Below are positions 15,426 to 24,658 of a stretch of DNA of 64,000 nt, piece after piece. The notes beneath the pieces were generated by a model. The model did not search any database. It saw only the letters and a list, made by a program, of their open reading frames with translations, and was not told the DNA's origin. Both the position numbers and the translations under genes were made by a program. Within the stretch, counting starts at the first letter, position 1. The number at the start of each line of letters is the position of its first letter. This DNA comes from a virus (taxonomy: Duplodnaviria > Caudoviricetes): IMG/VR virus record IMGVR_UViG_3300047160_031539, positions 1 through 64,000 of that record, one strand, 5' to 3'.

Positions 15426-16759
15426 GGGTCGATCTCCACGCACGGGATGTGGGCGGGGCAGTCCTCCCCGGAACCGCCGACGACGACCGCCAGGACCCGC
15501 AGGCCGCGACAGTCTTCGGGGGTCGGCCACTCGCCCCCCAGGATTCCGTCGGTGATGATGACGACAACGTCCGGCTTCCTCTTGCGGGCGGCCTCCAGGC
15601 CGGGGGTCATGAGCGTACCGCCGCCGCCCCGGTTGAGCCGCTCGATGTCGCGGGCCGAGGTTAAACGCACCTCGGCGTGGACCGCCGCGTCACACGCATA
15701 CCCCCAACACTGCCCCCCGACAGCCAGGACCAGGCCCAGCACCTCCGAGAGGGCCTCGTCCTCGGCCGTCCGGCTGTCCGCAATCTGGGCCATCATTGAG
15801 CCCGACGTGTCCAGGACGACCGCCACGGTCGGGACCGGACAGTGGGTCGAGGGGGACAGGGGCCACCCGGGACGACCGGCCGAGTGGAGCGACCGGCGAC
15901 CGGGCCGCCGCCAGGTCCAGTCGGAGGCCCCCGCCACACTGGCCAGGGCCTGGCGGGCCAGCCCCCGCAGCCGCCGCCGCCAGTCCACCTTCGGCGGCCG
16001 CAGGTGCGACTTGGCCCAGGCCATGAGCCCCGCCGGGACGGAATCCCGGCCGCGGGCGTGTGCCACGGTCGCCAGGGCCGCCCGCCTGAGGGCGATCTCC
16101 CGCTCCAGGGGCCCGACGGGGGGCGGAGTCGTGATTGGACCGTCAGCTCCTCCGGAAGCGGAACGACCGCTTATCCCCCCGCCGGGCCCCGGGGCGGAAT
16201 CCCCCTCGCCCTCCACCGGGTTGTTCGCACATCCCCCACAGGCCCCGCCACAACCCGGGGCCCACAGGACGCAGCCGGGCTGCACCTTCCCGACCTCGGG
16301 GTGCCGGTAGTATTCCTCCGCCGTCAGGCCACGGGCCATGCCGATGTCCTCGGGCAGGAGCGGCTGGCCCGGCAGGCCCCAGCCGGCCTGCAGCACGTCG
16401 TCGTTGATCTCCCGGTCCTGCGCCGCGTTGGCGCAGACGGCGTCCATGCCCAGCATCCGCTCGGCGTGCTTGCGGACCAGGTGCCCGATCTCGTGGAAGA
16501 GCACCGCCGCGACCCCGTCATGGCCGGCGTCCTTCTTGCCGGCCAGGCGGTCCAGCTTGCCCACCTGCTCCTCCCGATACCAGGCCAGCACCGTCTCCGG
16601 GTCGTAGTAGAGCCTCCAGCCCCCATCGACGGCCAAGGTTCTCAGGCCAGGCTTGGAGACCATCCGCACCTGCCACAGGACCGCCCCCAGGTAGGGGTGG
16701 CGGCCGTAGACCCGCATCCGGGCAGCCGCCACCACGTCTTCGGCCCTCACCTCACTCAT
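15422..16759 (-). CDS. HExxH metallopeptidase-like + VWA-like protein (DUF2201-type)
   Basis: TLAVDG..LYYDP, FHEIGH, NAAQDREIND; MIDAS DTSGSM, GGGT, TDG. Confidence 0.88.
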   Translation of the reverse strand: MSEVRAEDVVAAARMRVYGRHPYLGAVLWQVRMVSKPGLRTLAVDGGWRLYYDPETVLAWYREEQVGKLDRLAGKKDAGHDGVAAVLFHEIGHLVRKHAERMLGMDAVCANAAQDREINDDVLQAGWGLPGQPLLPEDIGMARGLTAEEYYRHPEVGKVQPGCVLWAPGCGGACGGCANNPVEGEGDSAPGPGGGISGRSASGGADGPITTPPPVGPLEREIALRRAALATVAHARGRDSVPAGLMAWAKSHLRPPKVDWRRRLRGLARQALASVAGASDWTWRRPGRRSLHSAGRPGWPLSPSTHCPVPTVAVVLDTSGSMMAQIADSRTAEDEALSEVLGLVLAVGGQCWGYACDAAVHAEVRLTSARDIERLNRGGGGTLMTPGLEAARKRKPDVVVIITDGILGGEWPTPEDCRGLRVLAVVVGGSGEDCPAHIPCVEIDP

Positions 16760-17009
16760 GGGCACCCTCCATCCCCGCCAGGGCTTGATCGACCTCCGAC
16801 GACATCAGAAGCCTCATCTTCTCGTAAGCGGGACAGTTCTCCGTCTGCAGCCAGACGATCTTCCCCCGGCCACCACGCAGGGCCACGGCCGTGGGAAGTC
16901 TGCCCTGGTCCAGGAGCCGCCGAAGTGTCAGAAGCTCATGGCGGCTCAGCTGGGGCACGGCCTGGTGCCGCCAGTTCTCCAGCCACTCCGAAAAATCAAA
17001 ATCGCTCAT
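16752..17009 (-). CDS. Hypothetical protein (85 aa)
   Basis: SD GGAGG after palindrome copy 5. Confidence 0.65.
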   Translation of the reverse strand: MSDFDFSEWLENWRHQAVPQLSRHELLTLRRLLDQGRLPTAVALRGGRGKIVWLQTENCPAYEKMRLLMSSEVDQALAGMEGAHE

Positions 17010-17025
17010 CGGTCCCTCCGGTCCC

Positions 17026-17049
17026 CAGGTGGCGCAATTGCGCCACCTG
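17026..17049. repeat. 24-bp palindrome copy 5 (exact)
   Basis: 5 nt after stop at 17055. Confidence 0.97.
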
Positions 17050-17054
17050 GCTGC

Positions 17055-17363
17055 TCAACAGTTCAGCCCCTCGGCAATAACCTCCATCACCTCCCGCTCC
17101 GTCAGCCGCTTGTTGTGCAGGGTGGTCACGGGAAGGTAGCGGTGATGGGAGACTTTCAACTGCTCAGGGCTCAGGGGCCCCGCCTCCTCGCCGTCCCGAA
17201 CCCAGACGTAGTGCCCACGCTTGGTACGGTGCGGCCTGTAGCGGACCACCACCCAGCACATCACCCAGCGGCGTCGGTACTTGCGCATGTTCCCAAAGAG
17301 CCTCGTGAAGAAGTAATGGTCCCAGTCCAGCCTCTTAGCCCAGCGGCGTGACCAGCGAAACAT
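17055..17363 (-). CDS. Basic hypothetical protein (start uncertain; 17288 possible)
   Basis: Fills the gap; stop precedes the palindrome. Confidence 0.5.
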   Translation of the reverse strand: MFRWSRRWAKRLDWDHYFFTRLFGNMRKYRRRWVMCWVVVRYRPHRTKRGHYVWVRDGEEAGPLSPEQLKVSHHRYLPVTTLHNKRLTEREVMEVIAEGLNC

Positions 17364-17823
17364 GGTTGGGCCCCAGGCTTTCGAGCTTGTCCATCTCGGC
17401 CTCCAGGGCGGCCCTGGCCTCGGGCATCGGGGCCTGGCGCAGGGCCAGTTCCCGGTTCACCTCGGCCAGGAGCAACGGCCAGAACTCCTGCCGCGGCGTC
17501 TCGTCGAAGGCGAAGAGGAAATGCCGGCAGCCGGCCGGCTCGCCGAGGCGGCCGTCCGCCTCGAAGCAGGCCGTGGCGAAATACTCTTCCACCTCGCCGA
17601 CCGTCCCCAGGCCGTCCCCCCGCCAGCCGCAGTAGCCGACCGCACAGGCGGCCTCGGGCGGCCACCGCTCGTCCTCGACACACTGAAGCGCCTGTGGGTC
17701 CGTCGTCACCCCCTGCACCAGCCGCGGGTCGTCCCGGAGCAGGGCCTCCCGCAGGGCCCGGAGGCCCGGCGTACTGATCCCGGGCACGAACCCGTCCCGC
17801 CAACACTTACGCCACGACTCCAT
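17335..17823 (-). CDS. Conserved hypothetical protein resembling a Gemmataceae family
   Basis: MESWRKCWRDGF...DDPRLVQG.TT.P...EAACA.G.CGW...FDETPR matches a family recalled from Gemmata-like genomes; SD AAGGAGG. Confidence 0.75.
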   Translation of the reverse strand: MESWRKCWRDGFVPGISTPGLRALREALLRDDPRLVQGVTTDPQALQCVEDERWPPEAACAVGYCGWRGDGLGTVGEVEEYFATACFEADGRLGEPAGCRHFLFAFDETPRQEFWPLLLAEVNRELALRQAPMPEARAALEAEMDKLESLGPNHVSLVTPLG

Positions 17824-18343
17824 CGCAAACCTCCTTCTTCAGGGCAAACGAAGTCATGGCGGCGTTCAGGCCGGCCGACAGGGCCAGCTTGACCGCCTCG
17901 ACCCCGTCGGCCACGTCCCGGGTAATCCCCCAGCCGAGGGCACACTCCTCGGCCGCCAGGCACTCCCTCCTCGCCTTGGCCAGGACCGCCCGCCAGCGGC
18001 GGTAGGCCTTCTCCTGGCCGGAGTCCCACTCGGCGTCGGCCAGGAGGACGCGGCATTTAAGGTTCAACTCGGAGACCTTGGCCAGGGTTTGGCCCATCTG
18101 TTTCTGGATGGACAGCCTGACACCGGCCACCACCGTCTCCCAGGACGACTCGTGAACGTCGATGATCCAGACGATGGCCCCCAGGGTCCTCAGACGCTCA
18201 ACGCGGGCCAGGGGCACCGTGCCGGGCGGGAAAAAGTAGCCACTCTGATTGAGGGCCCTGCCGAACCGGCGGAAGTAGGCCGCCGGGTTCGGGATCTTCA
18301 GGGCCTCGGGCAGGTCGTAGATGACGAGCACCGGCCGCGGCAT
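17807..18343 (-). CDS. Hypothetical protein; N-terminus Cas2/VapD/PaaX-like, C-terminus helical
   Basis: VLVIYDLP...RFGRALNQSGYF. Confidence 0.55.
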   Translation of the reverse strand: MPRPVLVIYDLPEALKIPNPAAYFRRFGRALNQSGYFFPPGTVPLARVERLRTLGAIVWIIDVHESSWETVVAGVRLSIQKQMGQTLAKVSELNLKCRVLLADAEWDSGQEKAYRRWRAVLAKARRECLAAEECALGWGITRDVADGVEAVKLALSAGLNAAMTSFALKKEVCDGVVA

Positions 18344-18345
18344 GG

Positions 18346-19533
18346 TCAGTCCTCCCAGATCTGCATGAACTCGCACAGGACGCCACAGACCTGCCGGGCG
18401 GCCGGGCACTTGGCCAGGTCCACCTGGGGCCGCCGGGCACGGGAGGCCAGGCTCCGGGCCGGCAGGAGCACCACGTCCTTACCCAGTTTCAAATCGAGGC
18501 CGCGGCGCAACACCTGGAAGGCCGCCTCCCACCGCTGGGCCCGGCGGAGGGGGGACAGCTTCTTGCCATCGACCCCCTGGGTGGCCAGTCCCGCTTCCGA
18601 GACGGCCAGGAGGGTCGCGAAGGTCCGGTCTGGCCTGATCGGGTCGTCCTCCAGCAGGCCGGGGTCGGCCAGGAGGGCCTCCGGATCGGGCAGGTCGGCG
18701 TCGGCCAGCCACACGAGCCAGGCCCCCTGGCCGGCGTCCCCGGAGCCCTCCAGGGCCACGGAGGGCCCCAGGCAGCCCTGGGCCAGGGCCGGGTACAATT
18801 CGGGCCGCCGGGCGGCCCGGCAGGAAGCCAGGAGCCGCAGGGCCGACTCCCAGGTCCGGGGGGTGGCGTAGGCCGGAGGGGTCCTGCCCAGAACCTTGCC
18901 CACGTCCTCATGCAGGGCCGCGGGGAACGACCGGGTGAACGCCGCCCCGAGGGCCCGGGCGTTGGCGTACTCCTTCTCCCAGGCGACCGGGTCCAGGCGG
19001 ACGGCCCCGTCCTGGCCGCCGTGGCCCATGAGCCAGGCCGACCAGGCGGCCGGCTCGGGGGACGGCCAGGCCATGTGGACGAACCGGTTGGCCAGGGCTG
19101 GCGCCAGGTCCCAGCCCCCCGCCGCCTGGTCCACCGGGTTGGCCGCCGCACAGCGGCGGACGCAGGGGGGCAGCCGCTTTCCGGCGATCATGCCGTCCAG
19201 GGCCAAACCCATAATCGCCGGCTGCAGGGCCGGCGGGGTCGAGGAAACCTCATCCAGGAAGACCAGGGCGTCCCGGCCCTCCTCGACCATCCGGTAGGCC
19301 CAGGCGGGCATCGGGTAGTTGAGCACACTCTGGTCGGCGGAGGGGACCGGCACGACCCCGAAGGCCCCCTCGCCACGCTCGGCGGGGCGCAGCATCTCCA
19401 CGGCCCAGCCGAGGTGCTCGGCCAGGTCGAGGATGCGGCGGGTCTTCCCGATGCCAAAATCACCCCAAATCAGCGGCGGCAAACAGCCCGGCGTCTGTAG
19501 CACCAGGCTCAGACTCGCGATCTCGTCGGACAC
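18346..19533 (-). CDS. MoxR-like AAA+ ATPase
   Basis: GDFGIGKT, VFLDE, AAANP, LAPALANRF, TPRTW. Confidence 0.9.
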   Translation of the reverse strand: MSDEIASLSLVLQTPGCLPPLIWGDFGIGKTRRILDLAEHLGWAVEMLRPAERGEGAFGVVPVPSADQSVLNYPMPAWAYRMVEEGRDALVFLDEVSSTPPALQPAIMGLALDGMIAGKRLPPCVRRCAAANPVDQAAGGWDLAPALANRFVHMAWPSPEPAAWSAWLMGHGGQDGAVRLDPVAWEKEYANARALGAAFTRSFPAALHEDVGKVLGRTPPAYATPRTWESALRLLASCRAARRPELYPALAQGCLGPSVALEGSGDAGQGAWLVWLADADLPDPEALLADPGLLEDDPIRPDRTFATLLAVSEAGLATQGVDGKKLSPLRRAQRWEAAFQVLRRGLDLKLGKDVVLLPARSLASRARRPQVDLAKCPAARQVCGVLCEFMQIWED

Positions 19534-19570
19534 GGATTTTCTCTCCTCTTCACGCAAAGGGCGACAGCAC

Positions 19571-19599
19571 ATTCTTTGCGCCGATGAAGAGAATGTCAA
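19571..19599 (-). promoter_or_regulatory. Sigma70-type promoter TTGACA-N17-AAGAAT
   Basis: Read directly; 16 nt downstream of palindrome copy 6. Confidence 0.6.
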
Positions 19600-19615
19600 G
19601 GGCTGTCGCACGATC

Positions 19616-19639
19616 CAGGTGGCGCAATTGCGCCACCTG
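19616..19639. repeat. 24-bp palindrome copy 6 (exact)
   Basis: 4 nt after stop at 19644. Confidence 0.97.
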
Positions 19640-19643
19640 CGCC

Positions 19644-19886
19644 TCAGCCGACGGCCGTCAGCGGGATGTGCGGGCGACCGACCGTCACCCCGGGGACGTG
19701 TTCGGGCAGGCGAAAGCCGACCAGGTCGCCGCGGCGGACCAGCCAGATCCGGCCGATTCGCGAGGCCGGCAGCAGCTTGCGGTGAATCCAGTAGCGGACC
19801 CGGTACTCCGGCACCCGGCACAGCCGGGCAACGTCCGGCACCGAAAGCGGCTGGTCCGCGAAAATATTGTCTTGGTCCATGAACAC
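19644..19886 (-). CDS. Excisionase/MerR-like HTH DNA-binding protein
   Basis: LSVPDVARLCRVPEYRVRYWIHRKLLPASRIGRIWLVRRGDL. Confidence 0.88.
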   Translation of the reverse strand: MFMDQDNIFADQPLSVPDVARLCRVPEYRVRYWIHRKLLPASRIGRIWLVRRGDLVGFRLPEHVPGVTVGRPHIPLTAVG

Positions 19887-19896
19887 ATCCTACCCC

Positions 19897-19932
19897 AAAA
19901 AAGCCCGGCGGGGGAGGTCCTCCCCCGCCGGG
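19897..19932 (-). terminator. Intrinsic terminator
   Basis: 13-bp GC stem (19904-19932) followed by T6 on the minus strand. Confidence 0.7.
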
Positions 19933-20005
19933 TCGCGTCTATCCGGGCGTCCGCCGCTGGTCGCCCAATCAACGAGCGGTCCACCCGGACAGATTCCCGT
20001 GGACA

Positions 20006-20764
20006 CTACCGCCGACCCCGGATGACGGCAGCGGACCCGCCGGGGCCGACGACGGCCGCCGTGAACCGGCCCCGCCTGCCCTGGTTGAAGAAGACCGCCC
20101 CGCCCCCGCTCGACGCGGCGAACGTGCTGCGCCGGCCCCGGCCCGAGGAGAACACCGCCGCCCCGCCGCCGAACCCGCCGCCGAAACTCGTCCCGGCAAC
20201 GAACCCGCCGCGGAAGCCGCCCCTCCGACCGGTGCTGAAGGAGCCGGCGAAGCCCGTGCCGCCGAAACCGCCGCGGCTGAAGCTCCGGAAAAAGGTGCGG
20301 TTGGTTGGGAAGAAGCCGCGGAAGCGGTTGTAGCCGTAGAAAAAGCCGCTGAAGCTGTTGTAGTAGAGCGGTACCGAGAAGCCGGACAGGTACGCCGAGT
20401 AGAGCGAGTAGCCCTGGGGGATGTCGTACTCCGGAGCGTAGGAGTAACTGGAGGGCGACTGGGAGTAGGTGTCCTCGGCGTAGGGCATGGACGGCGGCGG
20501 TGCCTGCTGCTGGTAGGACTGCTGATAGTTGTACAACGGCTGATAGCGGAAGTTCGGCACGACGTTGAAGCTAAAAGTCTGCGGCACCACCAGGGAGGCA
20601 AAAATGGGGAAACTGCACGAGCAGTAGCCGTAGCCGTAGCTCGGGAACGAGTAGGACGACGGGAAGCCGTAGGACGAGCGGAAGCCGTAGTTGCAGGCCG
20701 CGGCCGGCGTGGGCGAGCATGCCAGGGCACAGGCCAGGAAGACGAAGAGGAGGAGTTTCTTCAT
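20006..20764 (-). CDS. Secreted Tyr/Ser/Phe/Gly-rich low-complexity protein
   Basis: Signal peptide MKKLLLFVFLACALA; YSF-rich then GGF-rich repeats. Confidence 0.7.
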   Translation of the reverse strand: MKKLLLFVFLACALACSPTPAAACNYGFRSSYGFPSSYSFPSYGYGYCSCSFPIFASLVVPQTFSFNVVPNFRYQPLYNYQQSYQQQAPPPSMPYAEDTYSQSPSSYSYAPEYDIPQGYSLYSAYLSGFSVPLYYNSFSGFFYGYNRFRGFFPTNRTFFRSFSRGGFGGTGFAGSFSTGRRGGFRGGFVAGTSFGGGFGGGAAVFSSGRGRRSTFAASSGGGAVFFNQGRRGRFTAAVVGPGGSAAVIRGRR

Positions 20765-20772
20765 GGCATACC

Positions 20773-20889
20773 TCACTTGAACATGAACAAGACCCAGCCG
20801 AAATAAATCACGGTCGCCGAGACCAGCATACTGCACACGGTGCATATTAGCACGCCGATGCAGTCCAGGTCTTTGTCCACGTCGTTCAC
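20773..20889 (-). CDS. 38-aa single-TM peptide
   Basis: Hand translation VNDVDKDLDCIGVLICTVCSMLVSATVIYFGWVLFMFK; GTGA overlap. Confidence 0.55.
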   Translation of the reverse strand: MNDVDKDLDCIGVLICTVCSMLVSATVIYFGWVLFMFK

Positions 20890-21602
20890 TTGGTCCTCTT
20901 GTCAATCCAGGCCGCCAAGTCGGCGTATTCGGCATCGGTGGGAGGCTGCTCCCTGGAGTAAGGCGGGGGCATGGCACCGGCAGCGTCGTGGGGGCGGCCT
21001 ACGCGGTTCAGGATCTTGAGCATCTGCATGGCCGACAGGTCCCCGATGGCACCATCGGCCTTGAAGAGGGCGAACGTCGTCTCGTGCTCGGCGGTGTGCA
21101 TCAGCTTGCCCTCCGTGTGGCAGGCCAGGCACTTGTTGAGGACAGCGGGGGCACCGTCCGCCCTGGCTCTCGCCCCAGGGACGGCCGGCGGGGGCCCCCC
21201 GCTGTCCCTTGCTCCCCCGCCGTTGCCGCCATTGCCATAGCCGGCTCGCTCCAGGGCCGCCAGGCGGGCCAGCACCTCCTCCAGCTTCTGCTCGCAGGAC
21301 GTCTTGGCGGCCGGCGCCGGGGGTGCCGCCTGGGGGGCGGCGACCGTGGGGGCTACCCCCGTCGTGGCCACCGCCGTCGTCGGCACCGCCCCGGCCCCGT
21401 AGGCGGCGATGACCGATACCGGCGCCAGCACCGCGATCGGCGTCACGATCTCCTTCACCACAACCCGCTCGACCACCGGATAATACGGGGTGTAGTACGA
21501 ATAGCTCGGGTAGTAGTAGCTGCTGCGGTAGCACCCCCCCGCGGTGAGGCGGGGGCAGGCCACCAGGCAGCCGAGCAGGGCGAACGGCAGCAGGATCTTC
21601 AT
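20886..21602 (-). CDS. Secreted protein with planctomycete-type cytochrome c domain
   Basis: Signal peptide; KCLACHTEG (CxxCH), distal MPP, ...LAAWID. Confidence 0.75.
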   Translation of the reverse strand: MKILLPFALLGCLVACPRLTAGGCYRSSYYYPSYSYYTPYYPVVERVVVKEIVTPIAVLAPVSVIAAYGAGAVPTTAVATTGVAPTVAAPQAAPPAPAAKTSCEQKLEEVLARLAALERAGYGNGGNGGGARDSGGPPPAVPGARARADGAPAVLNKCLACHTEGKLMHTAEHETTFALFKADGAIGDLSAMQMLKILNRVGRPHDAAGAMPPPYSREQPPTDAEYADLAAWIDKRTK

Positions 21603-21781
21603 GGCTTGGGGCCTTTCTCCTTGGGCTGGGCCTGGAGCAGGCCGCAGCAGTAGCCGGTGCCGAATGACGTGATGGCCACGATCCAGGTGTAAACCTGCCC
21701 CTGCACCTGCGGCAGGCTGGTGACGTACAGCAGGAAGCCGAGCCCACCGGCGAACAACAACAGTGCGTAGAGGTGGTTCAC
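21599..21781 (-). CDS. Small 2-TM membrane protein
   Basis: Two hydrophobic segments, basic C-terminus. Confidence 0.65.
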   Translation of the reverse strand: MNHLYALLLFAGGLGFLLYVTSLPQVQGQVYTWIVAITSFGTGYCCGLLQAQPKEKGPKP

Positions 21782-21790
21782 GGCAGCCCC

Positions 21791-23476
21791 TCATGGGTTG
21801 GGGAACGCCCCCCGTAAGTGTACCTCAACCAGGGCGTACAGTTCCTCGTGGTGGACACGCTCCAGCGTGTCCGGTGGGTCGGCGACCAGCCCCGCCAGGC
21901 CGGGGTTCAGCACCTGGGTGGTGTTGCGGATCGCCAGCAGCGACCTGGTGAGCTTCTCCGGCGTCGTGTAGTGCTCCCGGGCCACGTCTTCCAGGGCCAG
22001 GGAGGTCTCCACGTAGTCGTTGTAGGCGTCGAGGTACGCCTTCATGATCCTGCCGGTCTCCGCCCGCAGTTGCCTGTCGTCGGCGTTCTCCAGGCCGGCA
22101 CCGGAGAGCCGGGCGTAGGCCTGCCAGTAGGCCCGGCGGTCGTTGCGCAGGTGCAGATCCAGGTTGCTGAAGTATTGCCTCGCGAAGTCCAATTGCTGGT
22201 CCTTGTCCGCCGCGGCGTTCAGCAACTGCGGCAGCCTAAAAGTGCGGCGGGCCCAGTCGTTGATGGGCTTCAAAACGTCCTGGTAGTGGCAGTCCTTGCA
22301 CGACTTGTTCACGTGAATCCGGAAGTCGCGGCCGAGGCGGAAGGGAGAGTCGTCGCCGCCGATAAAATCCGGGGCGGTAGCTTGCAGGGTACCGTCGGCC
22401 TGGCACAGGATGTTCACCTCCAGGCCGTTGGGAAGAAAGCCGTAATGCTCCTCGGCCTTATGCTTGTAGTCCCCTTTTTTTAGCTGCACCGTGGCGTTGC
22501 CTCTGCCCGTGGGGTCGTCCACGTCCAGGGTGTACCACTCGCCCCCGGTCAAAGCCTGGTCCCGCTCGATCTGGCGGTTCTGCTGGCTGACCCCCGACCG
22601 CTTGACCACCGCCCGCACCTCCCGGCCGATGTCGATCGAGTCCTTCTCGCTGAACTTGATGAGCTTGAAGTAATCGTCTCTCTTCTTGATCCCCAACCAG
22701 TCGTAATAGCCCACCCCCGTCTGCTGATTGCTGAGGGACAGCTGGCGGGCCCCTTGCACCAGGAACCAGTCAGCCCGGACGAAGGGGGCGGCACTCTTCG
22801 TCATGGCCAGCAATTGGCCGATCTGGGTGAGGGCGAGGGCCTTGTAGAACGCCTCCGGGTCCTTCAGGTTCTTGATGACGGTGGCGTGCTCCTCGTCACT
22901 GAGCAAGACGAAGCTAGCCGAGCGGATCTTCTGGGAGACCACCTTCTTCGAGACTTTTTTGACCTCACCGGTCTCGTAGTTGCCGGGGGCGTAATACTTG
23001 CCGTCCTTGGGATCGATGCCCCCTCCCCACTTCTCGATCACCTTCTCCTCAACCAGCTTGTACTCGGCCTTTTCCTGCGTCACGTGGTAATAAGGGTCCG
23101 CGTCGGCCAGCAGCTCGCGGACCTTCGCGTCCCACTTGGGGTCGCGGATGTCGATTCGCAGCACGTCGGGGCTGACGACCGTCGGGCGGATGAACTCGCT
23201 GTACCGGGAGATGGCGTTCACGTGCAGGGCAATGGCCGTCAGGAAAGCCTGCCACTTGGCGTCCGTCATGCCGTTGCGGTAGAGGAACAGTTGGTACGGC
23301 CAGTCGGCGGCGGCCATTGTCGTTTTGAGGTGATCGACGCACTGGCCCACCGCCACCGGGGGCAGGACCCCCGTGGCCGCCTTCTTTGCCTCCTGTGCCG
23401 CCACATACGTCATGAGCAGCCCGTACAGGACGATGGCAGACAATGCGAGGGTTCGCACGAGCTGCCTCTCGGTCAA
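21791..23476 (-). CDS. Exported c-type heme-motif protein
   Basis: N-terminal hydrophobic helix; SGVSQQNR.IER, LPNGL, SCKDCH (CxxCH). Confidence 0.75.
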   Translation of the reverse strand: MTERQLVRTLALSAIVLYGLLMTYVAAQEAKKAATGVLPPVAVGQCVDHLKTTMAAADWPYQLFLYRNGMTDAKWQAFLTAIALHVNAISRYSEFIRPTVVSPDVLRIDIRDPKWDAKVRELLADADPYYHVTQEKAEYKLVEEKVIEKWGGGIDPKDGKYYAPGNYETGEVKKVSKKVVSQKIRSASFVLLSDEEHATVIKNLKDPEAFYKALALTQIGQLLAMTKSAAPFVRADWFLVQGARQLSLSNQQTGVGYYDWLGIKKRDDYFKLIKFSEKDSIDIGREVRAVVKRSGVSQQNRQIERDQALTGGEWYTLDVDDPTGRGNATVQLKKGDYKHKAEEHYGFLPNGLEVNILCQADGTLQATAPDFIGGDDSPFRLGRDFRIHVNKSCKDCHYQDVLKPINDWARRTFRLPQLLNAAADKDQQLDFARQYFSNLDLHLRNDRRAYWQAYARLSGAGLENADDRQLRAETGRIMKAYLDAYNDYVETSLALEDVAREHYTTPEKLTRSLLAIRNTTQVLNPGLAGLVADPPDTLERVHHEELYALVEVHLRGAFPNP

Positions 23477-23501
23477 GACTGGCGTACAAAACTGCCCTCA
23501 A

Positions 23502-24500
23502 TTATTCCGAAGGGACGGGCGGGGCGGCAAGGCAGGACAGCAGGTCGGCCTCCACGGCGGCCGGCTCGGGCGGCTCCCCGTAGGGCTTCTGGACGTAGAC
23601 GCGGCCGGCGGCGTGGGCCCAGAGGGCCGCGTCGGCCAGGGACAAGCCGTGAGACAGGCCCAGGAGCAGGTGGGCCGCGAAACAGTCGCCGGCCCCGACG
23701 TGGTTAGCCTGCCGGACAGGGGGCCACCGCAGCGAAGGGTCGGGCGGCAGGGGCCTGCTGACGGTCCCCTCAAACCCCGGGAGGAAGACCAGGGGCGGCA
23801 TGGGCCCACAGGTCACGACGGTACACTGCCAGGCGATCGAGGGGTGGTGACCGGCGTACTCGGCGTTGCACTTGAGCACCGCACCCCGGGCGCACCCCGG
23901 CGGCAGCCGCAGGTCAGCCACCACCCGGATGCCCCGGGACACACAAGCCCGCACCAGGCCGTGGACGGTCGGGCCGTCCAGGAAGCCCTTGCCGTAATCG
24001 GAGATCAACAGGCCATGCCAGTCCTGCTCCCGGACGAGCCGCAGGGCCTGCTCGCGACAGGTGGCCGTCTCCGACGCGGACAGGCCGTGGCAGGCGGGCT
24101 CCTTGTCCACGCGGTAGGCGATCCGGCCGTCGGGCTTCACGTAGCGGTACTTGACCGGGTTGGCCGGGCACTCGAAACAGAGGTCGGTACAGACGCCGGT
24201 GGTGAAACAGCGGTCGAGCTTGCGGGACAGGGGGGCCACCAGGCTCACCTCGCAGCCCCAGTTGCCCAGTTGGCTGGCGGCCCCGGCAGCCCCGCCCGGC
24301 CGGAGGTACTCCTGGCCGGTCACGAAACAGCCACAGTCGTCCTGGCAGGCCCGGGGCTGGCCCGTGACCCACACGTCCACGATCGGGTCGCCGATCACAC
24401 AGATCCGTTTGGGGAAGGCCCGGTCGAGGACGACAAGGCTTGGGCGTACTTTTCCCAAAGATCCCCGATGATCTTCTGGCTGCACCGCTTCACTGTCCAT
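23502..24500 (-). CDS. PfkB-family sugar kinase, HldE/RfaE kinase-domain-like
   Basis: VIGDPIVD, PGGAA, RVDKE, LISDYGKG, LKCN, HVGAGDCFAA; start uncertain. Confidence 0.85.
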   Translation of the reverse strand: MDSEAVQPEDHRGSLGKVRPSLVVLDRAFPKRICVIGDPIVDVWVTGQPRACQDDCGCFVTGQEYLRPGGAAGAASQLGNWGCEVSLVAPLSRKLDRCFTTGVCTDLCFECPANPVKYRYVKPDGRIAYRVDKEPACHGLSASETATCREQALRLVREQDWHGLLISDYGKGFLDGPTVHGLVRACVSRGIRVVADLRLPPGCARGAVLKCNAEYAGHHPSIAWQCTVVTCGPMPPLVFLPGFEGTVSRPLPPDPSLRWPPVRQANHVGAGDCFAAHLLLGLSHGLSLADAALWAHAAGRVYVQKPYGEPPEPAAVEADLLSCLAAPPVPSE

Positions 24501-24658
24501 GACACCCTCCCCAGGGGACTCGGCCCGAAAAACGCCTCCGCCACGGACGGGCTGCCCGCGACCGCTTCCAGCCGCCGGCACGCCCCGTGCGGCGTCCGCT
24601 TGCCACGCCCCCGCTTCCGCCCACACAGGGGGCACAGGTTAGGGCCGCGAGCCATCAC
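24395..24658 (-). CDS. Hypothetical basic protein (CxxC)
   Basis: ATGA overlap with the upstream gene; overlaps the 5' end of the kinase. Confidence 0.4.
   Translation of the reverse strand: MMARGPNLCPLCGRKRGRGKRTPHGACRRLEAVAGSPSVAEAFFGPSPLGRVSWTVKRCSQKIIGDLWEKYAQALSSSTGPSPNGSV

Noticed and set aside
22471-22481. A7 run (CTA AAA AAA GGG) as a programmed -1 frameshift site
   Set aside because: The shifted frame stops within a few codons, no stimulatory structure was identified, and the context is not a tail chaperone.
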